Positions 26,967 to 38,503 of a stretch of 53,825 bases of DNA are shown piece after piece; position 1 is the stretch's first letter, and each line of letters begins with the position of its first letter. Position numbers and translations under genes: made by a program. The DNA is taken from the NCBI GenBank assembly GCA_964507245.1, contig CAZDQC010000002.1:2285-56109 (forward strand), given 5' to 3'. The notes under the pieces were generated by a model. The model was not told where the DNA came from, ran no database searches, and worked only from the letters and a program-made list of their open reading frames with translations. The stretch is from an uncultured Rhodospirillaceae bacterium. Lineage in GTDB: Bacteria > Pseudomonadota > Alphaproteobacteria > GCA-2731375.

Positions 26967-27315
26967 GAATCTCTCCTCCTAAAAGTGCTTGCTGCCACCC
27001 GGTTCCAACAACCGGTTAAAGTGGCCCGTTTAGAAACGCCGTCGTTCCATCACCGTGCGGATATACATGACCTGAAACTCCATTTCGACACAATTGGTCA
27101 ACCTATTAGTTGTCGCAATCAAGACAGCGGCAAGCATGGGGGGTCTTGCTGATACAGAAGTGTCGTGATTATTGCTGAAAATTTTTAATTAGCGTGATAG
27201 TAGGCAATCAAGTTCATCAGGTCTGTAACGTCTACTGCCAGTAGTTGGGTGGTGATTGACGGCTGATTTTATGATACACTTCACTTGCTTGTTTGAATCA
27301 GGAGCCTGTAGTCCC

Positions 27316-27648
27316 GTGACGACAATCATGGTCGCGAAATTTCAAATTGGTGATGTGGTCAAACATCGCCTTCATCCCTTTCGTGGCGTCGTTTTTGACG
27401 TTGATCCAGTTTTTTCGAATTCGGAAGAATGGCTAATGTCAATTCCGGAGAATGTTCGTCCGCACCGGGAACAACCCTTTTATCATTTGCTGGCGGAAAA
27501 TGCTCAAACCACATACGTGGCCTATGTGTCGGAACAGAATTTGCTTAATGATGATGCAGACAGGCCCGTGCTGCACCCTGAAGTAGATGATTATTTCGCT
27601 GGCATTGAAGATGGCCGGTATGTGCGACGGGATTTGCCGATGAACTAG
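27316..27648 (+). CDS. hspQ: Heat shock protein HspQ
   Basis: AKFQIGDVVKHRLHPFRGVVFDVDP...QPFYHLLAEN...YVAYVSEQNL. Confidence 0.93.
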   Translation: MTTIMVAKFQIGDVVKHRLHPFRGVVFDVDPVFSNSEEWLMSIPENVRPHREQPFYHLLAENAQTTYVAYVSEQNLLNDDADRPVLHPEVDDYFAGIEDGRYVRRDLPMN

Positions 27649-27846
27649 GTTTCGGCCGGTCCCTTCATTGCTACAGAATAATGGCAGGCGTAATCCTTTC
27701 GAGGACATGGCGAAATGTATCCTGAAGTTCTGGGTGGGATAATCATTCGTAATTGCATCAACCCCTGTTTCTTTTCCCTCAAACCGCCTAAATAGCAATT
27801 GATCAGAACGCCGCCGAGCGGCGCCGTTATGAGTTGGCGGGATAAA

Positions 27847-29754
27847 ATGCGGACGACGTTTAATCCAGAGGTTGAAGAATTAGGGCGTAGCCATTGGATG
27901 ACATTGGCCACGCTGATGCCCTATTTATGGCCGCGCGGTCGTTGGGATTTACGGTTTCGCGTTGTCCTGGCGATGCTTCTGTTAGCTGCAGCTAAAATTG
28001 CAATCGTCTTCATTCCGTTCATATACAAGGAAGTCATAGACGCTTTGAATATGACTGGACCGGGCGACAAGGCCGGCATGTTGGTTGCTGTTCCCATTCT
28101 TATGATTATCGCCTTTGGTGCAGCGCGGTTGGCCAGCCAGGCCTTCGGTGAATTGCGCGATGCCGTATTCGCCAAAGTGGGCCAATATGCCTTGCGCAGG
28201 ATCGCGTTGCAGGTATTTAGTCATCTGCACAGCCTTTCCCTTGCCTTCCACCTAGATCGGCGCACAGGCGGGCTAAGCCGGGCGATTGAGCGCGGCACTA
28301 AAGGAATCGATTTCCTGCTACGCTTCTCCTTGTTCAACATTTTGCCGACTTTATTGGAACTATCCATGGTCTGCGGCGTTTTGTTGATCAATTACGGCGT
28401 TAGCTACTCGTCCATCACCCTATTCGCCGTTGGCGTCTATATAGCCTTTACCCTGACGGTGACAGAATGGCGCCTGAAGCATCGCCGGGAAATGAACCGC
28501 ACGGACAGTGAAGCTAATACAAGAGCTATCGATAGTTTGTTGAATTTCGAAACTGTCAAGTATTTTGGTAACGAAATCCACGAAGCTAATCGTTTCGACC
28601 GATCCATGGCCCGCTATGAATCTGCGGCGGTACGCAGTCATACATCCCTGGCACTGTTGAATATAGGTCAGGGTGTAATAATCGCATTTGGCATGTGCAC
28701 CGTGCTCCTGTTGGCAGCCCAAGGTGTCATTGATGACGAATTGACCATTGGTGATTTCGTGCTGATCAACACATTCATGATGCAACTTTACCAACCACTG
28801 GGCTTTCTTGGCTTTGTCTACCGAGAAATCAAGCAGAGCCTAGTGGACATGGATAAGATGTTCGAATTGATCGAGGTGCACGCTGACGTAGCGGACAAGA
28901 CAGATGCTCAGCCCTTGCAGGTGACTTCGGGTGAGGTGGAATTCGAAAATGTGGATTTCGGGTACGAGGACGACCGACAAATTCTGCATGGGGTCAATTT
29001 TAAGGTCCCTGCGGGCAACACCATTGCTATTGTCGGACCTTCCGGGGCAGGCAAGTCCACTATCTCAAGAATCCTGTTTCGGTTCTATGACGTCAAGGGA
29101 GGCCGGGTACTAATCGACGGGCAGGACGTCCGCGACGTTACACAGGCATCATTGCGCGCCAATGTGGGGATAGTGCCCCAGGACACAGTGCTGTTTAACG
29201 ACAGTATTCGCTACAACATCCGCTATGGCCGGATTGAAGCAACGGAAAACGAGATCGTCAAGGCTGCAAAATTGGCGCAAATTCATGACTTTGTGGATAG
29301 TCTTCCCGAAGGTTATGATTCCGATGTGGGTGAACGGGGATTGAAACTTTCAGGCGGCGAAAAACAAAGAGTGGCCATCGCCCGCACAATTTTGAAAAAT
29401 CCCGGGATATTACTCTTTGACGAGGCTACATCGGCGCTTGATTCGCAAACGGAAAAGGAAATCCAGACTGCCCTGCGTCTTGTCTCGCGCAACCGCACGA
29501 CACTCGTCATCGCGCATCGGCTTTCCACCATTGTCGATGCCGACGAGATCATCGTGTTGGAGGCGGGCCATATAGTGGAGCGCGGTCGCCATGAAGATTT
29601 GCTAGCCGGCAACGGTACATACGCAGCCATGTGGCGTCGGCAACAGGAACAAGCGGAAGCCTTGCAGCGTCTGGAGCGCCTGGATAAGGATGCAGTTTCA
29701 GCCCCGACTGACGACAGGAAAACTGCGGCTTCAGGGTGGCAAAACAGCGGTTGA
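27847..29754 (+). CDS. ATM1/ABCB7-type ABC exporter (fused permease-ATPase)
   Basis: [29 protein letters not shown], Walker [25 protein letters not shown]. Start uncertain. Confidence 0.95.
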   Translation: MRTTFNPEVEELGRSHWMTLATLMPYLWPRGRWDLRFRVVLAMLLLAAAKIAIVFIPFIYKEVIDALNMTGPGDKAGMLVAVPILMIIAFGAARLASQAFGELRDAVFAKVGQYALRRIALQVFSHLHSLSLAFHLDRRTGGLSRAIERGTKGIDFLLRFSLFNILPTLLELSMVCGVLLINYGVSYSSITLFAVGVYIAFTLTVTEWRLKHRREMNRTDSEANTRAIDSLLNFETVKYFGNEIHEANRFDRSMARYESAAVRSHTSLALLNIGQGVIIAFGMCTVLLLAAQGVIDDELTIGDFVLINTFMMQLYQPLGFLGFVYREIKQSLVDMDKMFELIEVHADVADKTDAQPLQVTSGEVEFENVDFGYEDDRQILHGVNFKVPAGNTIAIVGPSGAGKSTISRILFRFYDVKGGRVLIDGQDVRDVTQASLRANVGIVPQDTVLFNDSIRYNIRYGRIEATENEIVKAAKLAQIHDFVDSLPEGYDSDVGERGLKLSGGEKQRVAIARTILKNPGILLFDEATSALDSQTEKEIQTALRLVSRNRTTLVIAHRLSTIVDADEIIVLEAGHIVERGRHEDLLAGNGTYAAMWRRQQEQAEALQRLERLDKDAVSAPTDDRKTAASGWQNSG

Positions 29755-29773
29755 AGGGAAGGTCGAGAACGGA

Positions 29774-30466
29774 ATGGATGCACTCAAGGCGGTCTTGGTT
29801 CCAATCAACCAGGAAGGTTATCGCTTCATTGCGATCTTTGCTGTCATCACCCTCGTTTTTTTCTGGATCGCCAACTCCTTGGGTTGGATTGGTGTCATTC
29901 TAACTTGCTGGTGCGCCTATTTTTTCCGTGATCCGGACCGAATTACCCCTAGCCGCGACGGTTTGATTGTTTCGCCCGCCGATGGGGCCGTGCAATCCAT
30001 AGAGATGGCTGTGCCGCCCGGGGAACTGGGCATGGGCGATGTCCGCAGCCAACGGATCGCAATCTTCATGAATATCTTCAATGTGCATGTGAACAGAATT
30101 CCCATCAGCGGCGAGATTACGGTCGTTAATTATCGTCCCGGAAGATTCTTGAATGCCTCCTTGGACAAGGCCTCCATCGATAACGAACGCCAGGCGGTTC
30201 GCATGACCACATCCGGTGGCCAGGAAGTAGCCTTTGTGCAGATCGCTGGCCTAGTGGCGCGTCGTATTGTCTGCGGCTTGTACGAAGGGCAGCATGTTCG
30301 GGCGGGCGAGCGGTTCGGGCTTATCCGATTTGGCAGCCGTGTTGATGTTTATCTAGATGACGGCATAGCACCCCTCGTGGCGGTCGGCCAGAGGGCGGTT
30401 GCAGGTGAAACCATATTGGCGGATTATAACAGCGATGAACCGCGGCGGCGGGGAGAAAGACGATGA
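29774..30466 (+). CDS. psd: Phosphatidylserine decarboxylase proenzyme
   Basis: [39 protein letters not shown] cleavage motif. ATGA overlap with pssA. Confidence 0.96.
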   Translation: MDALKAVLVPINQEGYRFIAIFAVITLVFFWIANSLGWIGVILTCWCAYFFRDPDRITPSRDGLIVSPADGAVQSIEMAVPPGELGMGDVRSQRIAIFMNIFNVHVNRIPISGEITVVNYRPGRFLNASLDKASIDNERQAVRMTTSGGQEVAFVQIAGLVARRIVCGLYEGQHVRAGERFGLIRFGSRVDVYLDDGIAPLVAVGQRAVAGETILADYNSDEPRRRGERR

Positions 30467-31299
30467 GTCTGCGGCGGCGTAATCGGCGGCTTCGGGAATT
30501 GCCGGTCAACAGTCTTATCCCGAATATCCTGACGGTCTTAGCTTTATGCGCCGGCATGTCGGCCATTCGTTTTGCCATGCAGGAGAGGTGGGAGCTAGCG
30601 GTAGCCGCCATTATCGTTGCAGGTATTCTGGATGGTCTGGATGGCCGCATGGCACGCCTGTTAAAGGGCGCGACGAAATTTGGCGCCGAACTCGATTCTC
30701 TATCGGATTTTATAGCTTTCGGGGTGGCACCGGCACTCGTGATCTATATGTGGAGTACGGAAGCCCTAGGCGGAGTGGGCTGGGTTGCTGGATTGGCCTA
30801 CAGCACCTGTTGCGCGCTGCGTCTGGCCCGTTTTAACACGGCCTTGGAGGACCCTGACCGGCCGGCTTGGGCCACCTTGTTTTTTACTGGCATGGCCGCG
30901 CCGGCTGGCGCCTTCATAGCTTTGTTGCCACTGACCGTTAGTTTTCAGATTGGCGATGGTTTTCTTCGGGAACCGGCACTCATGGCTCTGTGGCTCTTGG
31001 CAGTGGCTTTCATGATGATCAGTCGTATTCCTACCTATTCCTTCAAACGGGTTCGGGTGAAGCGCGAAATGGTCTTGCCCTTACTTGTTGTCGTTGGCAT
31101 TGTAGCGGCGGTCTTGGCCAGTTATCCCTGGTTTGTCTTGTCTATTTTAGGAGTGTTATACCTGGGTTCCATCCCTTTTAGTTATCGCGCTCAGCAGCGA
31201 TTTGCCGAGATGCAGCCGGCAGTCGATGAGACAGACGGTCCGGTCAGCGATAAAACCACCGGCGTCTCAGGCGACCCTGACACCAAGGAGCCGCTTTAA
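30463..31299 (+). CDS. pssA: CDP-diacylglycerol--serine O-phosphatidyltransferase
   Basis: IPNILT; DGLDGRMAR...[13 protein letters not shown]-alcohol phosphotransferase motif; ALRLARFN; coupled to psd. Confidence 0.95.
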   Translation: MSLRRRNRRLRELPVNSLIPNILTVLALCAGMSAIRFAMQERWELAVAAIIVAGILDGLDGRMARLLKGATKFGAELDSLSDFIAFGVAPALVIYMWSTEALGGVGWVAGLAYSTCCALRLARFNTALEDPDRPAWATLFFTGMAAPAGAFIALLPLTVSFQIGDGFLREPALMALWLLAVAFMMISRIPTYSFKRVRVKREMVLPLLVVVGIVAAVLASYPWFVLSILGVLYLGSIPFSYRAQQRFAEMQPAVDETDGPVSDKTTGVSGDPDTKEPL

Positions 31300-31302
31300 G
31301 AT

Positions 31303-32169
31303 TCAAGGCCAACCAGCTCCCGGCACACTGACTTCGACGGTTTCAATTCGCCCTGACCGCAGTTCAGCCGTGCCGGGGCCGGATTGGAGGCACGTGCAGA
31401 TGAACAATGTGCGGCGTTCCGGCCCACCTAGCATGCAGGCGAACGAACCACGGTTGCCAGTGGATATCCGGTTGGTGATTTTGCCCCCTTCCAGAACACG
31501 GATGGTTTCATTGTTGCGTGGATCAGCTACCCAGACAGCGCCTTTTGCGTCCAAGCAAATGCCGTCCGGAAAGCCCCCATCTAGGTCTGCCCAGATCCGG
31601 CGGTTGCTCAAACTACCATCAGGTGCTCTGTCCCAGGCGGTGAGAATATTGCCTCGGGTCTCGGCCACAATTAGTGTTTGGCCATCTGGCGTGATGACGG
31701 ATCCATTTGGAAACGCCAGATTAGTTGCTGCGACCGAGACCGATCCATCCGGGTCGACACGAATCAAATTAGCGGCCCGAAACGGGTCGCCAGCATGGCT
31801 GTTAAATCCAAAGTTACCTATATAGGCCCTGCCATCATTATCTACCACCATATCATTGCAGTGATAGTTGGCGAAATCAGATAAATTTGCGACTTCCGTA
31901 AGGCCGTCAGGGTCCAGGCGCAGCAGGCGTCGGTCGGTCATAGAGACAACTAACAATTGGCCATTAGGGGTCCAGCCAAGGCCAGAGGGTTGCCCCGGCA
32001 CTTCGATGATATGTTCTCGGTTTCCCTGCAGATCCACCGCGATTACCTCGTGAGCGTAAAAATCGGAAAACCACAGCCGACCGTCGTGCCAACGAGGCCC
32101 CTCGGGGAATGTCAGACCGTCGAGAAGAACAACCGGTTGTTTATTTGGATCGCTTGTCACGAGTTTCAT
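31303..32169 (-). CDS. SMP-30/gluconolactonase/LRE family protein
   Basis: FPEGPRWHDGRLWFSD, CNDMVVD, FPNG, PDGICLDA. Confidence 0.93.
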   Translation of the reverse strand: MKLVTSDPNKQPVVLLDGLTFPEGPRWHDGRLWFSDFYAHEVIAVDLQGNREHIIEVPGQPSGLGWTPNGQLLVVSMTDRRLLRLDPDGLTEVANLSDFANYHCNDMVVDNDGRAYIGNFGFNSHAGDPFRAANLIRVDPDGSVSVAATNLAFPNGSVITPDGQTLIVAETRGNILTAWDRAPDGSLSNRRIWADLDGGFPDGICLDAKGAVWVADPRNNETIRVLEGGKITNRISTGNRGSFACMLGGPERRTLFICTCLQSGPGTAELRSGRIETVEVSVPGAGWP

Positions 32170-32446
32170 CCCTGTTGTGCGTTACGTGTAGGCTAGCCGA
32201 AGTTCTTTGGATCGCCCAAATAGGTGTCTTGGTTGTGCGCTATGGGAACATTCTAACGTAACCAAGAACATAATCGGACAGGAGCCCGACAAAGAACATT
32301 ACCAGTTTAAGATAATCAAACAGATTGATTTGGGATCATCGTTAGAACAATTCCGTCAAGGGTTGTTTGCAAATTCTTCTTTTTGCCCGCGTAATCCGCC
32401 ATAACGTTGTGCTGGACAACTGATTAATAACTGATGGGAGGCGACG

Positions 32447-33250
32447 ATGCGTTTACAGGGTCGAGTGGCATTGGTAGTGGGCGCCGGTCAAAGCCCAGGA
32501 GAGACCATGGGTAATGGAAGGGCCACGTCTCTATTGTTTGCCCGAGAGGGCGCCATGGTCATAGCTGTAGACCGTGATGCGGTCTCTGCTGAGGAAACAG
32601 TCGCCATGATTCACGGTGAAGGTGGGCAGGCGATGGCAGTCGAGGCCGACGTTAAAGTTGAGGAGTCGTTAAAGGTCGCGGTCGACAAAAGCTTGCGCCA
32701 GCACGGTGGCATCGACATTTTGCACAATAATGTGGGCATTTCCTTGGCCGGCGGAGATGCTGAGATTACGGAAATCACTGTCGAGGCGTTCGATCATTGC
32801 GTTGCTGTCAACTTGCGTGGAATGGTACTGGCTTGCAAACATGTCTTGCCCAGCATGCGGGAAAAGGGCAAGGGCGTGATAACAAATATTTCCTCCCTCG
32901 CTGCTTGGTCTGCCTATCCGCTGGTGGCCTACAAGACTACGAAATCGGCCGTCATCGCGCTAACGGAACAGTTGGCTATTCAAAACGCCAAATTTGGTAT
33001 ACGGGCTAATGTCATTCTGCCGGGTTTGATGGATACACCCATGGCCGTGGACACTCGGGTTCGGGTTCTGGGCAAAAGCCGTGAGGAAATCGCGGCCGAC
33101 CGGGGTTCTAAGGTGCCTTTGGGCCGCAAGATGGGCACAGGCTGGGATGTGGCTCATGCCGCCTTATTCTTGGCCTCGGATGACGCTGGGTTCATTACCG
33201 GCGCGGCCCTGCCCGTAGATGGCGGTACTTCGGTGTCGCTGGGTATATAA
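32447..33250 (+). CDS. SDR family oxidoreductase
   Basis: VGAG...GNG, HNNVG, YKTTK catalytic motif, PGLMDTPM; GGGAGG RBS. Confidence 0.93.
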   Translation: MRLQGRVALVVGAGQSPGETMGNGRATSLLFAREGAMVIAVDRDAVSAEETVAMIHGEGGQAMAVEADVKVEESLKVAVDKSLRQHGGIDILHNNVGISLAGGDAEITEITVEAFDHCVAVNLRGMVLACKHVLPSMREKGKGVITNISSLAAWSAYPLVAYKTTKSAVIALTEQLAIQNAKFGIRANVILPGLMDTPMAVDTRVRVLGKSREEIAADRGSKVPLGRKMGTGWDVAHAALFLASDDAGFITGAALPVDGGTSVSLGI

Positions 33251-33396
33251 GACTAGGCCAATAACACCAAAAAATATGGCGTTTAAATTATTCTTGTTAA
33301 TTACAATTGAGATTAACTAATCACGAAACATTTATTGTGAAAAGCGGTCGTTCTCGGGCTTCTTAGGTAGATAATTAAGCTATCTAGCCATTACTA

Positions 33397-33425
33397 TTGA
33401 CTTAGATATATCGTATTGGCATATC
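33397..33425 (+). promoter_or_regulatory. Putative promoter with overlapping palindromic operator for the PadR-RND operon
   Basis: TTGACT at 33397, then imperfect palindrome GATATATC-gtatt-GGCATATC (33405-33425) about 35 nt before the padR ATG. Confidence 0.5.
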
Positions 33426-33459
33426 AAAATCTAATGGCAGATTGAGGAGACTTTTGTAG

Positions 33460-34011
33460 ATGGATGTGAGGACGTTGTGCCTGGGCGTTTTGAGTCTGGG
33501 CAATGCTTCGGGTTATGAAATCAAAAAAAGGCTAGAAAATACCTTCAGCCATTTTTACGACGCATCGTTCGGGTCCATTTACCCGGCGTTAAGCCGGCTG
33601 CAAAAAGAAGGCCTCGTACAATGCGAGACCGAGGCCCAGGCTAACCGCCCAGACAAAAAGGTCTACAACTTGACGGTAGATGGGCGACTGAAACTGGTGG
33701 CGAAATTGAATAACATACCGGGGCGCGATCGGGTTCGTTCAGAATTCTTGGTGGCGATGCTTTTTTCAGACATTTTACCAGCGGGACGGTTAGGCGAAAT
33801 GATCGATAGGCGTATCGATGAACACCGTAAATTTGTCGCTCAGCTGGAGAGCCGAGAAGAGCGGTCTACGCCAGCCCAACAATTTGTAGCGGGTTATGGG
33901 CGCACCCTTAATGAAGCGGCTGCAAATTATTTGCAAGAAAACAGATACCTGGTGGAAAGTGAGGCTTTACTGGCGCAGGTCGACAACGATCGCGTCGAGG
34001 TTACCGATTGA
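33460..34011 (+). CDS. PadR family transcriptional regulator
   Basis: ASGYEIKK, ASFGSIYPALSRL, RPDKKVYNLT..G; GAGGAG RBS. Confidence 0.94.
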   Translation: MDVRTLCLGVLSLGNASGYEIKKRLENTFSHFYDASFGSIYPALSRLQKEGLVQCETEAQANRPDKKVYNLTVDGRLKLVAKLNNIPGRDRVRSEFLVAMLFSDILPAGRLGEMIDRRIDEHRKFVAQLESREERSTPAQQFVAGYGRTLNEAAANYLQENRYLVESEALLAQVDNDRVEVTD

Positions 34012-34033
34012 CCCGGTCTATGGGAAATCCATA

Positions 34034-35215
34034 ATGAAAAATTCCATCTTCATGGCGGTGATTATTGCTATTGTTGCAGCGGGCTGGGTGCTGAGCGGAG
34101 AATTCGGCAGCAAATTCGGAGTGGCAAATAAAACGGCCGGTGATCAAGCAAAGCCCGAACAGACAGCATCTGTAGCCGAACGTATAGTGAAACAGGGCCA
34201 GGCGGCCCTGACTGCAGTGCGCACCAAATCCTCCCAAGCGCGGAAACACTGGAGTAAGATCACCGTGCGCGGCCACACGGAAGCCAAGCGCAAGGTTATG
34301 GTGATGTCCGAAATCAAGGGCCGGATCACAAAAATTTCGGTAAAAAAGGGCAGCCGTGTCAAACGTGGCGATGAACTACTCCGTATCGACGTAGCTGACC
34401 GGAAAGCCCATATGGCCGAAGCTCAGGCTCTGGTGCGCCAGCGTGAGGTTGAATACGAAGCAGCCAAGAAGCTTCGAAAAAAGGGCTACCGTGCGGAAAC
34501 CCAGTTTTCCGCTGCCGCGGCTAAACTAGATTCTGCCAGGGCAGGGGTTAAGCAGATGGAAGTGGCCTTGTCGCGAACCATTATCCGAGCCCCCTTTGAT
34601 GCTGTTGTTGACAGTCGCGAGGTTGAGCAGGGAGCCTATGTGGAGGCCGGTAGCGGCATTGCACGGTTGGTGGACGAAGAATTTTATCTGATTGTGGCCC
34701 AGGTGGCCGAAACTGATATCGATCGGCTGAAACCGAATAGCCCAGGCAGTGCAACTCTAGTGACTGGCCAGAGGGTGGAAGGGCGTATTCATTATATTTC
34801 TGCCATAGCGGATGAGGCCACGCGTACTTACCGAGTCGAATTGCTAGTGGCGAACTTGAACCGGAAACTGCGTCACGGCACCACTGCCGAATTGCACTTC
34901 CCGACCAAGCAGTCCTTGGCCCATTTCATTACTCCGGCGATCCTGACCTTGGACGATCAGGGAACAGTGGGCGTTCGCTGCGTCGAGAATGGCGATCAGG
35001 TTGCATTTTATCCGGTAAAAATAATCGACAGTGACGCTGATGGCGTTTGGGTCTCGGGCTTGCCGAATATTGCGGAACTCATCGTTGTAGGTCAGGAATA
35101 TGTTCGCCAAGGTGATCGTGTTCGCATCTCTAACGCCGCCGGAGGAGACAACGACGGCAATTCCAAGATGGTGCCAAAAACTGCGCCGAAGACCGCCGAT
35201 TTATCCGCGTCATGA
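34034..35215 (+). CDS. RND efflux periplasmic adaptor (MFP)
   Basis: N-terminal TM anchor, lipoyl-like G.I....VKKGSRVKRGD, IRAPFD, ADEATRTYRVE, LIVVGQ. Confidence 0.93.
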   Translation: MKNSIFMAVIIAIVAAGWVLSGEFGSKFGVANKTAGDQAKPEQTASVAERIVKQGQAALTAVRTKSSQARKHWSKITVRGHTEAKRKVMVMSEIKGRITKISVKKGSRVKRGDELLRIDVADRKAHMAEAQALVRQREVEYEAAKKLRKKGYRAETQFSAAAAKLDSARAGVKQMEVALSRTIIRAPFDAVVDSREVEQGAYVEAGSGIARLVDEEFYLIVAQVAETDIDRLKPNSPGSATLVTGQRVEGRIHYISAIADEATRTYRVELLVANLNRKLRHGTTAELHFPTKQSLAHFITPAILTLDDQGTVGVRCVENGDQVAFYPVKIIDSDADGVWVSGLPNIAELIVVGQEYVRQGDRVRISNAAGGDNDGNSKMVPKTAPKTADLSAS

Positions 35216-38200
35216 ACACTCTTATTTCGGTCGCGGTTCAAAATTCCCGCACTGTTCTGTCGGTTCTTGTTCTGGTCCTGATTGCGGGTGCTTTTTCATT
35301 CCTGACCATCCCAAAAGAATCCAAGCCAGATATCAATATCCCCATAGTCTACGTCTCAATGAGTCACGAAGGGATATCGCCTGAAGATGCTGAGCGTCTG
35401 CTAGTGCGGCCCATGGAGCAGGAACTACGCTCCATCGAAGGTATCAAGGAAATGCGCAGCCGAGCGGAAACCGGCCATGCTTCGGTCCTGCTGGAATTCG
35501 ATGCCGGATTCGACTCGGACATAGCCTTGCGTGACGTGCGCGAGGCCATCGACCTGGTAAAACCCGACTTGCCGGACGAAACCGATGAGCCTACGGCTCA
35601 CGAAGTTAACGTGGGACTTTTCCCAGTGCTGGTGATTACTTTGGCAGGTGACGTATCCGAACGCACTTTGCTAATGATTGCCCGCAATTTGCAGCACGAA
35701 TTGGAAATGCTGCCCGGTGTTCTGGAAGCAGATATTGCCGGTGATCGCGAGGAATTGCTGGAGGTGCTGGTAGATCCTCTACGGCTGGAGAGTTACAACA
35801 TTAGCCACAAGGAACTGGTCAGCGCCGTTACCCGTAATAATCAACTGATCGGTGCGGGGCCCATGGATACGGGCAAGGGGCGGTTCCCTTTGAAGGTACC
35901 GGGCTTATTTGAAACAGCGAAGGACATCTTGGATTTACCAATTAAGGTGTTCGGCGATGGGGTTATCATCCTGGGGGACGTGACCACCGTGCGCCGCACG
36001 TTCAAAGATGCCGATAGCTTCGCCCGCATCAACTCACGGCATGGTGTGACCCTGGAAATCAAGAAACGCCTGGGTGAGAACGTGATCGAGACGATTGACC
36101 AGGTGCGCCGTGTTGTAAACAGCCGGTCAAAGGACTGGCCGGCCGGCGTACAGGTCAACTTCATTCAGGACGAATCGAAAGACATTCGACGCATGTTGGA
36201 AGATCTGCAGAACAACGTTCTTAGTGCCATCCTCTTGGTGATGATCGTCGTTGTCGCTGCCCTGGGTTTGCATACGGCGGGGCTGGTAGGCCTGGCCATA
36301 CCGTCATCGTTCCTGCTGGCCATTCTTGTGCTGAATTCCATGGGCTTGACTGTCAATATTGTGGTGCTCTTCGCCCTAATTCTGGCGGTTGGCATGTTGG
36401 TGGATGGCGCGATTGTCGTGACAGAATTCGCCGACCGGAAATTGGCAGAGGGTTTGCCGCGGCGTGAAGCCTATATTCTTGCTGCACAGCGCATGGCATG
36501 GCCCATTATAGCCTCCACGGCGACGACGCTTGCTGCCTTCATGCCCTTGGTATTCTGGCCCGGTGTGGTTGGTGAATTCATGAAGTTCCTGCCTATTACC
36601 CTGGTCATCACCCTTACCGGATCATTGATGATGGCCTTAATTTTCGTGCCAACTCTGGGCGGCCTTATAGGCAAATCGGGCTCGGCCAGCCCAAAGATTT
36701 TGGCTGCTTTGGCGGCGGCGGAAGACGGAGATGTGCGCCAATTACCTGGTTTTACGGGGGCCTATGCGCGGGTGCTTTCAGTCGTGATCCGGCGACCGCT
36801 CTTAGTGTTGTTATTGGCCATTGTCATATTAGTGGGTGTTCAGATGACTTACCAAAAGGTGGGCAAGGGCATTGAATTTTTTCCCGCCGTGGAGCCCGAA
36901 CAGAGTCTGATTCACGTCCATGCCCGAGGCAACATGTCGAGCCGAGAGAAGGATGCCCTGGTCCGTGAGGTGGAGAATGAATTGTTGCCGGTCAAGGGTA
37001 TACGTACAATCTATGCCCGTACCGGTGGGCGGTACCAGGGCGAAGACCAAGCCCAGGACGTGATTGGCACCATTTTTATTGAATTTTCGGAATGGGACAA
37101 ACGGCGCGCCTCAGCAGAGATCATGGCGGAAATACGGGAACGGACTGCCCATCTTGCGGGTGTCTGGGTGGAGCCACGTGAACCTGCCGTGGGCCCCCCC
37201 ACCGGCAAGGACATTCAAATTGAAATCCGCTCCCGCTTCCCAGAGCGGATTAATCCCGTGGTTGCCAAAATCCGCGCTAAGTTGGAAACCATGAGCGGCC
37301 TGCTGGACGTAGAAGACAGCCGACCACTGCCAGGGATTGAATGGCAGGTAAAGGTGGACCGCTCCCAGGCGGCCCGGTTCAACGCCGATATCCTTACGGT
37401 AGGCAAAGTAGTGCAGTTGGTAACCCACGGCATCAAAGTCGGCGAATACCGTCCTGACGATGCGGATGAAGAGGTGGAAATACGTATTCGGTTTCCTTTG
37501 GAATACCGCAATCTTCAACAGTTAGACCAATTGCGGGTGCAAACTAGCCATGGTCAAGTGCCCATCTCCAACTTTGTGACCCGCTCGCCGCAGCAACGGT
37601 CGGGCCTACTGCGGCGCACAGACGGCCAGCGCGTGATTATGGTGCAGGCTAGTGTGGCCAAAGGTTTGCTATCCGATGACAAGGTCAAGGAAATTCGTAA
37701 TTGGATGGCGATGCAGACGTTCGATCAGGGGGTTGATGTCCGTTTCAAGGGTCCGGACCACGAACAAAAAGAAGCACAACAGTTCCTGATTAAAGCGTTT
37801 GGCGTCGCCCTGTTTGTTATGGCGATCATACTCATTACGCAGTTCAACAGTTTCTACCACGCCCTTTTAATCCTGACGGCGGTGATTATGTCCACGGTCG
37901 GTGTGATGGCTGGGCTGATAATTACCAACCAGGCATTTGGTATCGTAATGACAGGCATCGGTGTTATCGCCTTGGCCGGCGTCGTCGTGAACAATAATAT
38001 CGTTCTAATCGATACCTATTCCCGGTTAGTCAAGGGTGGCATGGAACCGTTGGAAGCCGTGGTCCGCACAGGTACCCAACGGCTACGTCCGGTATTGCTA
38101 ACAACAGTGACTACCATTTTCGGTTTGTTGCCTATGGTATTCCAAACCAATATCGACTTTGTCGGCCGCAATATTTCGGTCGGTGCACCATCGACACAAT

Positions 38201-38370
38201 GGTGGGTGCAACTGTCGACGGCGGTGGCCTTCGGTCTGTCATTCGCTACGGTCCTGACCCTATTCGTCACACCGTCCTTATTGGCGCTGGGTGCCCGTAC
38301 ATCTGCTTTCTTCGACCGCTGGAAATTGGAGCGGGAGAGGACACAGGCTGGCAAGAGAGCCTCCGCGTAG
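35212..38370 (+). CDS. RND efflux permease (AcrB/AcrD/AcrF family)
   Basis: 1052 aa; PKESKPDINIP, GMLVDGAIVV.E, GVVVNNNIVLID, RLRPVLLT. ATGA overlap with the adaptor. Confidence 0.96.
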   Translation: MNTLISVAVQNSRTVLSVLVLVLIAGAFSFLTIPKESKPDINIPIVYVSMSHEGISPEDAERLLVRPMEQELRSIEGIKEMRSRAETGHASVLLEFDAGFDSDIALRDVREAIDLVKPDLPDETDEPTAHEVNVGLFPVLVITLAGDVSERTLLMIARNLQHELEMLPGVLEADIAGDREELLEVLVDPLRLESYNISHKELVSAVTRNNQLIGAGPMDTGKGRFPLKVPGLFETAKDILDLPIKVFGDGVIILGDVTTVRRTFKDADSFARINSRHGVTLEIKKRLGENVIETIDQVRRVVNSRSKDWPAGVQVNFIQDESKDIRRMLEDLQNNVLSAILLVMIVVVAALGLHTAGLVGLAIPSSFLLAILVLNSMGLTVNIVVLFALILAVGMLVDGAIVVTEFADRKLAEGLPRREAYILAAQRMAWPIIASTATTLAAFMPLVFWPGVVGEFMKFLPITLVITLTGSLMMALIFVPTLGGLIGKSGSASPKILAALAAAEDGDVRQLPGFTGAYARVLSVVIRRPLLVLLLAIVILVGVQMTYQKVGKGIEFFPAVEPEQSLIHVHARGNMSSREKDALVREVENELLPVKGIRTIYARTGGRYQGEDQAQDVIGTIFIEFSEWDKRRASAEIMAEIRERTAHLAGVWVEPREPAVGPPTGKDIQIEIRSRFPERINPVVAKIRAKLETMSGLLDVEDSRPLPGIEWQVKVDRSQAARFNADILTVGKVVQLVTHGIKVGEYRPDDADEEVEIRIRFPLEYRNLQQLDQLRVQTSHGQVPISNFVTRSPQQRSGLLRRTDGQRVIMVQASVAKGLLSDDKVKEIRNWMAMQTFDQGVDVRFKGPDHEQKEAQQFLIKAFGVALFVMAIILITQFNSFYHALLILTAVIMSTVGVMAGLIITNQAFGIVMTGIGVIALAGVVVNNNIVLIDTYSRLVKGGMEPLEAVVRTGTQRLRPVLLTTVTTIFGLLPMVFQTNIDFVGRNISVGAPSTQWWVQLSTAVAFGLSFATVLTLFVTPSLLALGARTSAFFDRWKLERERTQAGKRASA

Positions 38371-38503
38371 GCAGCGGAATAACGATACTTTCGGCTCTTG
38401 GATTGCCATGGCAACTAGTTGAGCCCACCGCCCAATCACTTTGAACTCCGGTAAAGATCCGTGCACAATATTTGTTTTAGACATTGAACTGGGAGGGTTA
38501 GCC

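Noticed and set aside
26987-27030. Hairpin GCCAC-CCGGTT/AACCGG-GTGGC in the CoA ligase leader as a riboswitch
   Set aside because: A single bulged hairpin with no known aptamer consensus and no terminator tail.
32240-32352. Repeated GAACA words as an alphaproteobacterial LexA box
   Set aside because: No pair has the required GAAC-N7-GAAC spacing.
33280-33320. CtrA boxes in AT-rich DNA
   Set aside because: The TTAA half-sites are 10 and 12 nt apart, not 7.
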